62,387 bases of DNA. Source: Thermomicrobiales bacterium (GTDB lineage: Bacteria > Chloroflexota > Chloroflexia > Thermomicrobiales > CFX8). The stretch spans positions 1-62,387 of the forward strand of contig DATKCN010000294.1 of NCBI GenBank assembly GCA_035513175.1, in the 5' to 3' direction. Both the position numbers and the translations under genes were made by a program. A model generated the notes under the pieces. The model was not told the DNA's origin and ran no database searches. It saw nothing but the letters and a program-made list of their open reading frames with translations. Positions 18,336 through 27,974 of this stretch are shown here, piece by piece. Numbering within the stretch: the stretch's first letter is position 1; each line of letters opens with the position of its first letter.

Positions 18336-19664
18336 TTACTGCAGGAATGAACGGCCGCTGAAGATGCGGTCCACGTCGCGAAACGCGATGACGAGCATGA
18401 GCGACAGCAGGATGGCGATGCCCACGAAGTGCACCAACCCTTCCTTTTCCGGCGCAACGCGCTTCCCACGCCTTAGGAACTCGATTGCCACGAACATCAG
18501 ACGTCCGCCATCCAGTGCGGGGAGCGGGAGCAGGTTGAGCATGCCGAGGTTGAGCGAGAGAATGATCGAGAGAGTGACCAGCGTGACCCACAGCGGCATC
18601 GCGCTCTCTGAGATGATCTCCGATGTCAGCTGCCCCATGCCGATTGGACCGGCAACGTCGCCAAACGAAGCCTGGCCGGTGATTAGGATGATGATGCCTT
18701 CGACAAGCCGCACCGTCCACGTAACGGATGTGCGCACCGTTTCACCGGGGATTTCGAGCAGTGGAACCCGCTCGAACCGGATGTCTCGCGCCAGACTCAT
18801 CCCCATCGGCTCGGTTTCCTCCGGCAGGGACTCCGGCACGCGGCCGTCCAACGTAATGAGCTGACCGTTGCGCTCGATGCCGAACGTGACAACCTCACCT
18901 GCGCGTTGGGCCAGGTACGTTGCATAGCGCATGTAGTCCGTGGTCGGAACGCCGTCGACCGAGCGGATGAGATCATCAGTCTGGAAGCCGGCGGCGTCGC
19001 CTGCTGACTGCGCGGGGACTTCCCGGACATGGATGTCGGCGAGAACCGAGCTGCCGAGCCGGATGCCGGTTCGACCCTCGCCCGCTGGCGGGTCGACGCG
19101 CGGCGTAATCGTTGTGTCGATCAGTTGACCCGAGCGCTCGAGTGTTACGACGATGGCGCTCCCTGCTCGACCCGCCGTGATCTGCCGAACCTGCTCGTCG
19201 TTGTCGATCTCCTGACCGGCGACGCTGACGAAGCGGTCGCCAGCCAGCCACCCGGCCTCCGCGGCCGGTGAGCCTGGCATGACCTCCGTCACGTAGACGT
19301 TCTGATCCGTGCGTCCCTGAAACGCGACAAGCGCGCCAACGAGCACGAAGGCGGTGACGAAATTCATGAACGAGCCGGCTGCGAGGAATCGCGCGCGCTG
19401 CCCCATCGACTTGGTCTGCATACTGTCGTCGGAGAACGATTTGCCGTCTTCGCCATGAACTCTGACGAACCCGCCTAGCGGGATGGCGTTGATCGAGTAG
19501 ATGGTGTCGCCGTGCCGGTGTCCCCAGATGCGCGGAGGCAGGCCGATGCCAAACTCCTCGACGCGGACACCGGAGCGGCGCGCCATGACAAAGTGACCGA
19601 GCTCGTGCAGGAAGATGAGAATCGCGAGGATCGGGATGATCCACAGAGCGTAAATGAAGCCCAC
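18336..19664 (-). CDS. rseP: RIP metalloprotease RseP (M50 site-2 protease with PDZ domains)
   Basis: HELGHF zinc motif in TM1, internal PDZ-like segments and a C-terminal LNLLPLPALDGG motif. Confidence 0.85.
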   Translation of the reverse strand: MGFIYALWIIPILAILIFLHELGHFVMARRSGVRVEEFGIGLPPRIWGHRHGDTIYSINAIPLGGFVRVHGEDGKSFSDDSMQTKSMGQRARFLAAGSFMNFVTAFVLVGALVAFQGRTDQNVYVTEVMPGSPAAEAGWLAGDRFVSVAGQEIDNDEQVRQITAGRAGSAIVVTLERSGQLIDTTITPRVDPPAGEGRTGIRLGSSVLADIHVREVPAQSAGDAAGFQTDDLIRSVDGVPTTDYMRYATYLAQRAGEVVTFGIERNGQLITLDGRVPESLPEETEPMGMSLARDIRFERVPLLEIPGETVRTSVTWTVRLVEGIIILITGQASFGDVAGPIGMGQLTSEIISESAMPLWVTLVTLSIILSLNLGMLNLLPLPALDGGRLMFVAIEFLRRGKRVAPEKEGLVHFVGIAILLSLMLVIAFRDVDRIFSGRSFLQ

Positions 19665-19819
19665 AGTGTGCCTTCTGAAGTAATGGAACCGCGTTCAGCG
19701 CTCAGGACGAGTGAGGCGCGCGGAACCACTCGAATCGTACCTGTCAGGAAAAGCCGCCGTCAACGGGCCCGTTACATTGCGAGGCGGCGCCCGAGCGAAC
19801 CGGAGCAGACGGCGCGTTA

Positions 19820-19828
19820 TGTTAGAAT
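19820..19828 (+). promoter_or_regulatory. candidate extended -10 promoter element upstream of ald
   Basis: TGtTAGAAT lies about 120 nt upstream of the ald ATG. No clear -35 is present. Confidence 0.3.
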
Positions 19829-19946
19829 GACGCGGCTGTCGAACGGACTGTCAGCCTCGTGATGCGACCCCCTTGTTCGGGTGTGCGGACTGAGCCTGTC
19901 CGGCGCAACGATTGTCAGGAGCGGTGGTGAAGGGAACAGATCGCAG

Positions 19947-21059
19947 ATGATCGTCGGCATTCCCAAAGAGATCAAGGACAACGAAAATCGGGTCTCAACG
20001 ACTCCGTCCGGCGTCTCTGAGTACGTGTCGCGGGGTCACGAGGTGCTCGTTGAGCGCATGGCGGGCGCAGGAAGCGGTTTTGATGACGGTGAGTATGAGG
20101 CCGTCGGGGCGACGCTGGTGGACACGCACGCGGGCGTGTTCGCTCAGGCCGACATGATCATCAAGGTCAAGGAGCCCATCGAGTCCGAATATGGGCTGAT
20201 GCATGAAGATCAGATTCTGTACACCTACCTGCACCTCGCCGCCGAGGAGCATCTGACGAAGACGCTGATCGAACGCAAAGTCGCGTCGATTGCCTACGAG
20301 ACCGTCGAGCTCGTCAACCGCTCACTCCCGTTGCTGACGCCGATGAGCGAGGTTGCCGGCCGCATGTCGGTGCAGGTCGGCGCGCATTATCTGGAGAAGG
20401 TGCATGGTGGCAGGGGTCTGCTGCTCGGCGGCGTTCCAGGCGTGGCGCCCGCGGATGTCGTAATCCTGGGCGGTGGCGTCGTCGGCATCAACGCCGCACA
20501 GATGGCGCTTGGACTTGGGGCAAACGTGACGATCATCGACCTCTCGGCCGATCGGCTTCGATTCCTTGACCAGGTACTGCATGGCCGCATCAACACGCTG
20601 GCGTCGAACCGCGGCAACATCGCGGCGGCCACGCGGGCGTGCGATCTGCTGATCGGCGGCGTCCTGATTCCGGGCGCGAAGGCGCCCAAGCTCGTCTCGG
20701 CCGAGATGGTGGCTGCCATGCGTCCAGGATCGGTCATCGTCGATGTGGCGATCGATCAGGGTGGATGCGTGGAAACCTGTCGCCCGACGAGCCACAGCAA
20801 TCCAACGTACTTCGTCGATGGTGTGCTTCACTATTGCGTCACGAACATGCCGGGCGCCGTCCCGCGCACCAGCACCTTCGCGCTGTCGAATGTGACATTG
20901 CCGTTTGGATTGAGGCTGGCGGACCTGGGAATCGACGCGGTTCGGACCGATCTCGCCCTGGCAAAGGGTGTCAACGTGTTCAAAGGACATGTAACCTATC
21001 AGGCGGTCGCCGACGCGTTCGGACTGCCGCACACGCCCCTTGACGCGCTATTGGCCTGA
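19947..21059 (+). CDS. ald: alanine dehydrogenase
   Basis: MIVGIPKEIKDNENRVS N-terminus, Rossmann motif VVILGGGVVGINAA and MPGAVPRTST. The track ORF was trimmed to the ATG at 19947, which has an upstream GGTGAAGGG. Confidence 0.9.
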   Translation: MIVGIPKEIKDNENRVSTTPSGVSEYVSRGHEVLVERMAGAGSGFDDGEYEAVGATLVDTHAGVFAQADMIIKVKEPIESEYGLMHEDQILYTYLHLAAEEHLTKTLIERKVASIAYETVELVNRSLPLLTPMSEVAGRMSVQVGAHYLEKVHGGRGLLLGGVPGVAPADVVILGGGVVGINAAQMALGLGANVTIIDLSADRLRFLDQVLHGRINTLASNRGNIAAATRACDLLIGGVLIPGAKAPKLVSAEMVAAMRPGSVIVDVAIDQGGCVETCRPTSHSNPTYFVDGVLHYCVTNMPGAVPRTSTFALSNVTLPFGLRLADLGIDAVRTDLALAKGVNVFKGHVTYQAVADAFGLPHTPLDALLA

Positions 21060-21139
21060 TCGACGTTTCCTGGCTGGGCGGCATCGCTTCGTTTCCCCGT
21101 CTCGTCGGCGCAATTGCCCCATCGCGAGAGGACAGATTC

Positions 21140-22081
21140 ATGCAGGACAGTGTTGACCGGTTTCTTGACGCGCTCGAAGCGGACAGCGCGTTCTCAGGGA
21201 ACACCGTCTCGGCATACAGGATCGACCTGAAGCAGTTCGTGGAGTACATGCAGGAGCAGCTCAACATCGGGTCGTGGTCGGAGGTCGAGCCGACGCATCT
21301 GACATCCCACCTGCTGCATTTACGCGAGCGTGAGTATGCCAGTTCGACCGTTGCTCGAAAGACGGCCGCGGTCAAGTCATTCTTTGGCTTCCTGCGACGG
21401 GAAGGCGAACTGCGGACGAATCCGTCCACGTCGCTGTCGTCTCCACGAGTCGACAAATACGTGCCGAAGCCAATGACGGAGCGAGAGATTCAGAAGCTGC
21501 TGCTCGCGCCAGCGGGTGACACGGCGCCGGAGTCAATCCGCGACAGCGCGATGCTGCACGTGCTGTATTCGACCGGCATGCGCGTCTCCGAGCTTGTAAC
21601 CCTGGACCTCGATGATGTCGACATGGACGCCGGGACTGTCTGCTGCACCGGAAAGCAGAACCGGCGCCGCTCGATTGACGCCAGCCCTGAGGCCGTGCGT
21701 GCACTGAGGATCTATCTGGAGACCGCACGACCGGCGATTGTTCGAGAATCGGACGAGCAGGCCCTGTTCCTCAACCATCGCGGCTCGCGGCTGACGCGTC
21801 AAGGTTTCTGGCTCATCCTCAAGGGGCACTCCGAACGCGCCGGATTCGATAACATCACACCGCACACGCTGCGTCATTCGTTTGCCACGCACCAGATCAC
21901 GCACGGGCGAGATCTCGCCGACGTTCAACGCATTCTCGGCCACGTCAGTATCTCGACGACGCAAATCTACCAGCGACTTGCACAAGAGCACGCCGACGGG
22001 AGAGTCGCCGACCCTAATTCCGGCGGGACCGCTGAGGAGCCAGTAGACTCGCTCGCGAAACCGGTGAGCTCCGACGACTGA
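21140..22081 (+). CDS. XerC/XerD-family tyrosine recombinase
   Basis: SAM-like N-terminal domain. The catalytic residues sit in MRVSEL (R), HTLRHSFATH (HxxR) and LGHVSISTTQIY (H...Y). Confidence 0.85.
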   Translation: MQDSVDRFLDALEADSAFSGNTVSAYRIDLKQFVEYMQEQLNIGSWSEVEPTHLTSHLLHLREREYASSTVARKTAAVKSFFGFLRREGELRTNPSTSLSSPRVDKYVPKPMTEREIQKLLLAPAGDTAPESIRDSAMLHVLYSTGMRVSELVTLDLDDVDMDAGTVCCTGKQNRRRSIDASPEAVRALRIYLETARPAIVRESDEQALFLNHRGSRLTRQGFWLILKGHSERAGFDNITPHTLRHSFATHQITHGRDLADVQRILGHVSISTTQIYQRLAQEHADGRVADPNSGGTAEEPVDSLAKPVSSDD

Positions 22082-22186
22082 ACGATCAACTCAGGCGCCG
22101 GTGGAGTCAACGTGGCTCGGGCCAACGTCGCCCGCTGCACGGAAGGTAACAGCCGCGTGGATCATTCGTCGGAGCCACGAGTGACG

Positions 22187-23569
22187 ATGGACGCCGTGAT
22201 GTCGTTGTGCAAGCGAAGGGGATTCGTCTTTCCGGGCAGCGACATCTACGGCGGTCTCGCGAACACCTGGGACTTCGGCCCGCTCGGCGTGGAGTTGCGG
22301 AGCAACATCAAGATCGCCTGGTGGCAGCGCTTCGTGCGCGAGCGCCCCGACATCGTCGGGCTCGACGGCGGCATTTTAATGAGCGCGCGCGTCTGGGAGG
22401 CGAGCGGGCACGTCGCGGAGTTCAACGATCCCCTGACAGATTGCCGCGAATGCCGTGTCCGCTTTCGGGCCGACGATCTTATCGAAGCGGCAACCGGCAC
22501 GAGCGTCGAAGGCAAATCGCACGCCGAGATGACGTCGTTGATGAGCGCGCATGCCGTTTGCTGCCCGAACTGCGGGAAGAACTCATGGACGCCGGTGCGC
22601 GCGTTCAACATGATGTTCCGGACGCAGCTCGGACCGGTCGATGAGACCGCCACGCATACCTATCTCCGGCCTGAGACAGCGCAGTCGATCTTCGTGCAGT
22701 ATCGGAACGTGCTGCAATCGTCGCGGCTGAAGGTTCCGTTCGGTGTGGCGCAGGTCGGAAAGGTCTTTCGCAACGAAATCACGCCCGGCAACTTCATCTT
22801 CCGCCTGCTGGAGTTTGAGCAGCTGGAAATCGAATATTTCGTCCATCCGGAAGACTGGGAAGGACAGTTCGAGGAGTGGCTCGAGGCGAAGGAGTCGTTC
22901 GTCTTGTCGCTGGGCGTGCAGCCCGAGCATCTCCGGCGGCGCGAGCATGCGCCCGAGGAGCTGTCGCACTACTCCCGGCGGACGGTTGATCTCGAGTACC
23001 GCTTTCCGATCGGCTGGCGCGAGCTGACTGGGCTTGCCTATCGCTACGACTTCGATCTCCGGCGCCATCAGGAGGCCTCAGGCGAGGACCTTACGTACTT
23101 CGATCAGGCGCGCAACGAGCGGTATCACCCGCACGTCATCGAGCCAACGATGGGCGTCGACCGGCTGATGCTGATGATCCTGTGCGAAGCCTACGACGAG
23201 GAACAGACGGTGGACGCCAAGGGCGAGACCGCGACCCGTCTCGTCATGCGTTTCCACCCTCGGTTCGCGCCATACACGGTTGCCGTGCTGCCGCTGTCGA
23301 AGAAGGACGAGCTGGCTGGCGTCGCCGAGCCGCTCTTCCGTCAGCTTTGCCGCCGATTCTCCGCCGAGTATGACGACACGCAAAGCATAGGGCGACGTTA
23401 CCGGCGTCAGGACGAAATCGGCACCCCCTGGTGCGTGACCGTCGACTTCGAATCGCTGAGTGACGGCGCGGTCACCGTACGCGATCGCGACAGCATGGAG
23501 CAGGTTCGCGTGTCGATCGGCGATGTGTCGGGCCTGATCGAAGCACGGCTGCGGGCTGCTGGCGGCTAG
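22187..23569 (+). CDS. glyQS: glycyl-tRNA synthetase, dimeric (alpha2) class II type
   Basis: [24 protein letters not shown]-terminus, [15 protein letters not shown] and the Zn-like insertion [11 protein letters not shown]...CPNC. The start is placed at ATG 22187 inside track ORF 22112. Confidence 0.9.
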   Translation: MDAVMSLCKRRGFVFPGSDIYGGLANTWDFGPLGVELRSNIKIAWWQRFVRERPDIVGLDGGILMSARVWEASGHVAEFNDPLTDCRECRVRFRADDLIEAATGTSVEGKSHAEMTSLMSAHAVCCPNCGKNSWTPVRAFNMMFRTQLGPVDETATHTYLRPETAQSIFVQYRNVLQSSRLKVPFGVAQVGKVFRNEITPGNFIFRLLEFEQLEIEYFVHPEDWEGQFEEWLEAKESFVLSLGVQPEHLRRREHAPEELSHYSRRTVDLEYRFPIGWRELTGLAYRYDFDLRRHQEASGEDLTYFDQARNERYHPHVIEPTMGVDRLMLMILCEAYDEEQTVDAKGETATRLVMRFHPRFAPYTVAVLPLSKKDELAGVAEPLFRQLCRRFSAEYDDTQSIGRRYRRQDEIGTPWCVTVDFESLSDGAVTVRDRDSMEQVRVSIGDVSGLIEARLRAAGG

Positions 23570-24426
23570 ACCAGCTCATCGTCGGTCAGCATGCGCCCCA
23601 GGATCGCGTTCAGCTCTTCGTCGGAGTGGAAGCTGATCGTGATCCTGCCGCCGTCCTTGCCACGGGTGATCGCCACGTTCGTCCCGAACGCGCGCTGCAG
23701 CTCTCGCTCGATGGCGCGCGTCTCGACGTCGACCGTCCGCGGGCGGGCCGGCCGTTTCGGCGCCGGCGAGCGTTGCGCGAGCGCCTCCGTCTCCCTTACG
23801 CTGAGCCCGCGGGCGAGGACCAGCTCGAGCAGCGCAACCTGCCGCCCAGGCTCGTCGACGGCCAGCAGCGCTCGCGCGTGTCCCGCCGATATGTCTTCGT
23901 TGGCGACTGCCTCGCGGATCGGCGCGGGCGCGGTCAGCAGCCGCATCGTGTTCGCGATCGCCGGCCGGCTCTTTCCGACCCGCTCAGCGATTTCACTCTG
24001 CTTCAGCCCGAACTCGTCGGTGAGGTGGCGGTATGCCAACGCCTCTTCAATCGGGTTCAGGTCGGAGCGCTGAATGTTTTCGACGAGGGCGATCTCCAGA
24101 ATCTGTGATGGCGTCGCCTCGCGCACGAGGACCGGCGTCGTCCGCAATCCAGCCCGCTGCGCGGCTCGCCAGCGACGCTCCCCGGCTATGATCTGGTACG
24201 GCTTGGCGCCCCGGCCGCGGGTAACGACGATCGGCTGGATGATTCCATGCTCGCGGATTGAATCGGCCAGTGCCGCGAGCTGGGTCTCGTCCCAGCGTAT
24301 GCGGGGCTGGAGTGGGTTTGGCTCGAGGGAGTCCACGTCGACGAATTGTGTCGCGGATTGCCCGACGTCGCCACCGGGTATCAGTGACTCCAGCCCGCGG
24401 CCGAGGCCGCTTCTCCTGCCGGTCAT
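23566..24426 (-). CDS. parB: ParB/Spo0J-family chromosome partitioning protein (no adjacent parA)
   Basis: [12 protein letters not shown]-terminal box, ParB box IIQPIVV...[14 protein letters not shown] and [29 protein letters not shown] is at 24426. Confidence 0.85.
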   Translation of the reverse strand: MTGRRSGLGRGLESLIPGGDVGQSATQFVDVDSLEPNPLQPRIRWDETQLAALADSIREHGIIQPIVVTRGRGAKPYQIIAGERRWRAAQRAGLRTTPVLVREATPSQILEIALVENIQRSDLNPIEEALAYRHLTDEFGLKQSEIAERVGKSRPAIANTMRLLTAPAPIREAVANEDISAGHARALLAVDEPGRQVALLELVLARGLSVRETEALAQRSPAPKRPARPRTVDVETRAIERELQRAFGTNVAITRGKDGGRITISFHSDEELNAILGRMLTDDELV

Positions 24427-24554
24427 GTGTGTCTCCCTTTTCCGCCGTGAGCCTGCTGGAGTATACCCGCACGTGACGCACCTCCTGTGAGATTTCTCAC
24501 GAGGCTCCAATCGGCTGGCTATACTCTCCGGCGGGTGGGCGACTTTCTGCCCGC

Positions 24555-25532
24555 GTGCGAAGACGGAGCGCGACTGTGGGTGGAGAACTCGTCGACGTCA
24601 TCGGGATGCTGCTGTCCGCACTCGCCCTGGTTGGCAGCGTAGCCTTCTTCTGCCTGTGGGCGCATCGAGCCGAGGGCAACCGCGCGCTCACCATGGGACT
24701 CTACATCGTCTTCGGCGCATTCGGCTTCTTCGTCCTCCTGTATGGGCTCGGATCGGCATACCGGAGCTATCTCGAAGGTGAACCCGTCGGCAACATATCG
24801 TACCTTGCCGCCGCGCTCGGGCTCATTGCGGGCATTGGCCTGATTCCACCGCTCCGCCTTCTCGTGACGAAGGTTGTTCCATTCGATCCCCATTCCAAGC
24901 CCGACATGGTGGGCTTTATCGTCCTCTCCCAGATTGCCGTGCTGTCGATCGTCGCCCTGGCCGCCGACGACGGCGAGTTCGAGCCACTGACTTACCCGTA
25001 TCTGGTCATTCAGGCGGCCGCGTTCATCGCCGTCGCGTTTCTGCTGGTTGGCACGTGGATCTATCGCTCGCCGCGCTCCTCATTGGAGCGGTTGGGCCTG
25101 GTCCGGCCAACGCAAAAGCAGGTGTGGATCTCAGTTGGGTTCGTGTTTGTGCTGTTTATTGTGTCGATCACGTCATCGCTGCTGGTGTCGGAATTTCAGC
25201 CCGAGATCGGCGACGAGATCACCGACAACCTTGGCCGCATGACTGAAAACATCGAGACGGGCCCTGGCGCGTTGCTGCTGGGAGTGACGTCCGGCGCCGG
25301 CGAAGAGATCCTCGTGCGCGGCGCCATTCAACCGCGATACGGGATAGCGTTCACCTCGCTGCTGTTTGCCGTGCTCCACGCGCAGTATGGGCTGAGCTTC
25401 GTAACCGCCGGCGTGTTCGTCACCGGAGTCGTCTTCGGTCTGGAGCGGAAGTACCTGAACACCACCTGCTGCATCATCACGCATTCGCTCTACAACACGA
25501 CCGCTGTGGCCGTGACGCTGGTCATAGCCTGA
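24555..25532 (+). CDS. CPBP-family intramembrane glutamic endopeptidase (CAAX protease-like)
   Basis: Polytopic protein. Motif 1 is GAGEEILVRG, motif 2 is FAVLHAQYG and motif 3 is ITHSLYN. Confidence 0.8.
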   Translation: MRRRSATVGGELVDVIGMLLSALALVGSVAFFCLWAHRAEGNRALTMGLYIVFGAFGFFVLLYGLGSAYRSYLEGEPVGNISYLAAALGLIAGIGLIPPLRLLVTKVVPFDPHSKPDMVGFIVLSQIAVLSIVALAADDGEFEPLTYPYLVIQAAAFIAVAFLLVGTWIYRSPRSSLERLGLVRPTQKQVWISVGFVFVLFIVSITSSLLVSEFQPEIGDEITDNLGRMTENIETGPGALLLGVTSGAGEEILVRGAIQPRYGIAFTSLLFAVLHAQYGLSFVTAGVFVTGVVFGLERKYLNTTCCIITHSLYNTTAVAVTLVIA

Positions 25533-25670
25533 CGGCGCGCCGGGTCTGATGGCAGTTCAACCGTTGACGGTCTCTTGTGCTCGACCGCAAGCTCGCGGCG
25601 GAACGCGTGCGCCTGCCGCGCCGGGCGATTCCCTCGACTCGTGGGATCGTCCCGGTGCGGCGGACAATGG

Positions 25671-27236
25671 TTACGAGATGTTGGGATAGAACTCCCAGGT
25701 GGACGCGCCGTCGTAGTAGATCACGTAGATTGAGTTGGTTCCGACCAGGATCACGCCCCGTTCGAATTCCTGCACCGTCGAGGTGAACGACGTGGCGTAC
25801 TCGCTGGTTGCATGTCCGATTTCCGCAGCGATGCCTGAGTCGGCGCGCCACAAGTAGCCGAGCGCTCCGCCGGGGATCCACAGACCCGGCTCCGGACCGT
25901 CCTCAGGCTCGGGCAGCGTCGCCGCGCTGTCGATGAATCCGCTCCAGCGGCCGTCCGAGGACAGCACGTAGATCCAGCCGATGTCGTGTCGCAGGAACAT
26001 CGTTCCGCGCTGGAATCCCTGAATCTGGGCTGGCGTCGTCGAGGACACTGCAAGCGGTTCTCCCAGATTGCTTCGCACCAGCTCGTCGCCCCAATAGACG
26101 TTGCCGATCGCGCCCGTAACCGCGAATGTCTCGGGTGTCGGGGTCAACGTCGGCGGCGGAGCCGAGGTCGGCGTGCTCGTCGGCGCCTCTGCGGTTGGCG
26201 TGGGCGATGGCGTCGAGGTCGCCGTCGGATCGACAACCACGGTCGGCGTTGCGGTTGGGACACTCGGCGCCGTTGGCGTCGGCGTCGCGTGCGGTGGCAG
26301 CTCGTCTCCACTGCCAGGGTCGGGATGGGGAGTCGGCGTCGGCGTTGCAGGCGCAGGCGGAGTTCCGTCCCCTCCGGGCTCTCCTTGCTGATCGATGGGA
26401 CTCGCCGTGGCCGGAGGAACCGTGCCTGGAACGTCAGTTGGCGAGATGACGGCGGGATCTGATTGTGGCGTGCCTTCACTGGGACGCGCCGTCGCGGGAG
26501 CAATGACGGGTGTCGGCGTCACTGTTGACGCCGCGGGTGTCTCCGCGCCCGGAGTCGGAGTCTCAAACACCGCGACAGTCGTCGCCGTCGTAAAGCGCAG
26601 GAAGAATGGGGGGTCAAGGCGATTGCCCCAGTCGTCGCGCGCGTCGCTGGAGATCCTGATCTGGTAGGTGGTGTCGGGCCGCAGGACCTGATTGCTGCCG
26701 ATAATCAGCGTGTTGCCGCTCCACTGATAGCCGAGCCGCTCGATCTCTCCTGCCGGTTCCATGGCCAGCGCCGCCTCGACGGACGCCGCATTCATCGGCT
26801 TGTTGAACTCGATCTCGATCGGGCGCTGGACGGGCCATGGCTCATCCTGCTCCACCGTCGGGGCAGACGCCGCGACGGCGGGCTGGATTGCACGCTGGTA
26901 TCCGCCCATGATGAGATAGCCGGACACGATGAAGATCAACGCAACCGCCGCCACCGCGGCCATCGAGTATCCGACCCTGCTGGTGATCAGGAACAGCCGT
27001 CCCGGCTCCCCGTCAATGGTCTGCGCGAAGATCGTGTCGGTCAGGTGCTCAGGCGCATGAACCGGAGGCAGCGAACGGATACGTTCACCGATTGATCGGT
27101 ATGACTCCAGCACGCCCGCGCATTCTCGGCACGCAGCGAGATGGGCGCGCAGCTCGATCCGCTCGCGTGGCGAGATTTCTCCATCGACGAGCGCCGAGAT
27201 CAGCTCGCGGGAGTCGGCGCAACGTTGGGCGTTCAT
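25671..27236 (-). CDS. anti-sigma factor: zf-HC2, one TM helix, an Ig-like domain, a long Pro/Thr-rich linker and a C-terminal repeat domain
   Basis: The N-terminus carries the H-x3-C-x2-C motif HLAACRECAG. A TM helix lies around residues 90-110. The linker is TPTPTP-rich. There is a 4-nt overlap with the ECF sigma gene. Confidence 0.75.
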   Translation of the reverse strand: MNAQRCADSRELISALVDGEISPRERIELRAHLAACRECAGVLESYRSIGERIRSLPPVHAPEHLTDTIFAQTIDGEPGRLFLITSRVGYSMAAVAAVALIFIVSGYLIMGGYQRAIQPAVAASAPTVEQDEPWPVQRPIEIEFNKPMNAASVEAALAMEPAGEIERLGYQWSGNTLIIGSNQVLRPDTTYQIRISSDARDDWGNRLDPPFFLRFTTATTVAVFETPTPGAETPAASTVTPTPVIAPATARPSEGTPQSDPAVISPTDVPGTVPPATASPIDQQGEPGGDGTPPAPATPTPTPHPDPGSGDELPPHATPTPTAPSVPTATPTVVVDPTATSTPSPTPTAEAPTSTPTSAPPPTLTPTPETFAVTGAIGNVYWGDELVRSNLGEPLAVSSTTPAQIQGFQRGTMFLRHDIGWIYVLSSDGRWSGFIDSAATLPEPEDGPEPGLWIPGGALGYLWRADSGIAAEIGHATSEYATSFTSTVQEFERGVILVGTNSIYVIYYDGASTWEFYPNIS

Positions 27237-27799
27237 GACGCCACGCCTTCGTCGCCCGTGTACAACCGCCGGAACTCTTCACGTCCACGAAACAGCACGG
27301 ATTTGACGGCGGACCGGGACAGTCCCAAAGCGTCGCCGATCTCCTCACACGACAGGCCCTCGTATTCCCGCATGATCAGCGCGGCGCGGTTGCGAGGCGA
27401 CATGCGCATGAGCGTTTCCTGCACGGCGGACGATGTCTCGCGCGCGAACGTCCGGCGTTCGGGATCGTCCAGCTCTCCGCCTCCCAGCAGGTGCTCGTGC
27501 TTCATGTTGTCCCACGGGAGCCAGCGGATGCGCTTGCGCCGTCTGAGGATGTCCAGGCAGGCGTTGGACGCGATGCGGTGCAACCAGGCCGACACGTTCA
27601 GATCGGCGTTGGTCGATCCCAGCCCACGATACGCGCGCACGAAGCAATCCTGTGTCAAATCACTCGCGTCGTCGGGATCGCCCATCATGCGGTATACGAA
27701 GCTGTAGATCTGTCGTTCGTAGCGAAAGACGATCTGCTCAAAGGCAGCCTGGTCTCCAGCCTTTGCTCGACTTACCCACACATCCTCTTCGGATGCCAT
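27233..27799 (-). CDS. ECF-type RNA polymerase sigma-70 family factor
   Basis: Region 2 reads FEQIVFRYERQIYSFVYRMMGDPDDASDLTQDCFVRAY. Region 4 reads REYEGLSCEEIGDALGLSRSAVKSVLFRGR. ATG at 27799 follows GGAAAGG. Confidence 0.9.
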   Translation of the reverse strand: MASEEDVWVSRAKAGDQAAFEQIVFRYERQIYSFVYRMMGDPDDASDLTQDCFVRAYRGLGSTNADLNVSAWLHRIASNACLDILRRRKRIRWLPWDNMKHEHLLGGGELDDPERRTFARETSSAVQETLMRMSPRNRAALIMREYEGLSCEEIGDALGLSRSAVKSVLFRGREEFRRLYTGDEGVAS

Positions 27800-27834
27800 C
27801 AGGGGCCTTTCCAACGCCGCCCTCCGCTCTGTAC

Positions 27835-27858
27835 AACGTGTGAGCGGGCGTCTGGTTG
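27835..27858 (-). promoter_or_regulatory. candidate ECF-type autoregulatory promoter (CAACC-N15-CGTT)
   Basis: The - strand reads gcaCAACCagacgcccgctcacaCGTTgtac, 36 nt upstream of the sigma ATG. It fits the generic AAC-N16-CGT ECF pattern. Confidence 0.3.
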
Positions 27859-27974
27859 TGCCGGCGCCAGCAGGCCGGCCCGGATTCGCGAGCGACCAAA
27901 AGACGCGATCTCGGATGTTACAATCGCGCTTACGCCATGCTGCGTCTTGGATCTGTCCCGGGAAGGATACCCCA

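Noticed and set aside
22082-22186. T-box leaders upstream of glyQS, and of hisS at 32658-32762.
   Set aside because: The spacers are only about 100 nt, and no GGUGGnACC T-box sequence or specifier architecture is present.
24487-24500. Inverted repeat GTGAGAttTCTCAC near the parB start, considered as a parS site.
   Set aside because: It does not match the parS consensus TGTTNCACGTGAAACA. It has only 6-bp arms and is more likely a chance or operator-type palindrome.
26100-26560. Repetitive GGCGTCGGCGT-type DNA that looks like a short-repeat array.
   Set aside because: It is the coding sequence of the Pro/Thr-rich linker of the anti-sigma factor (- strand). It has no regular repeat-spacer architecture and is not a CRISPR array.
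27815-27974. A possible SAM (S-box/SAM-IV) riboswitch upstream of the homocysteine methyltransferase/MTHFR fusion, as seen for Bacillus yitJ.
   Set aside because: No SAM-I/IV core blocks are recognisable. A TACAAT -10-like element lies only about 50 nt before the ATG, which leaves too little room for an aptamer.
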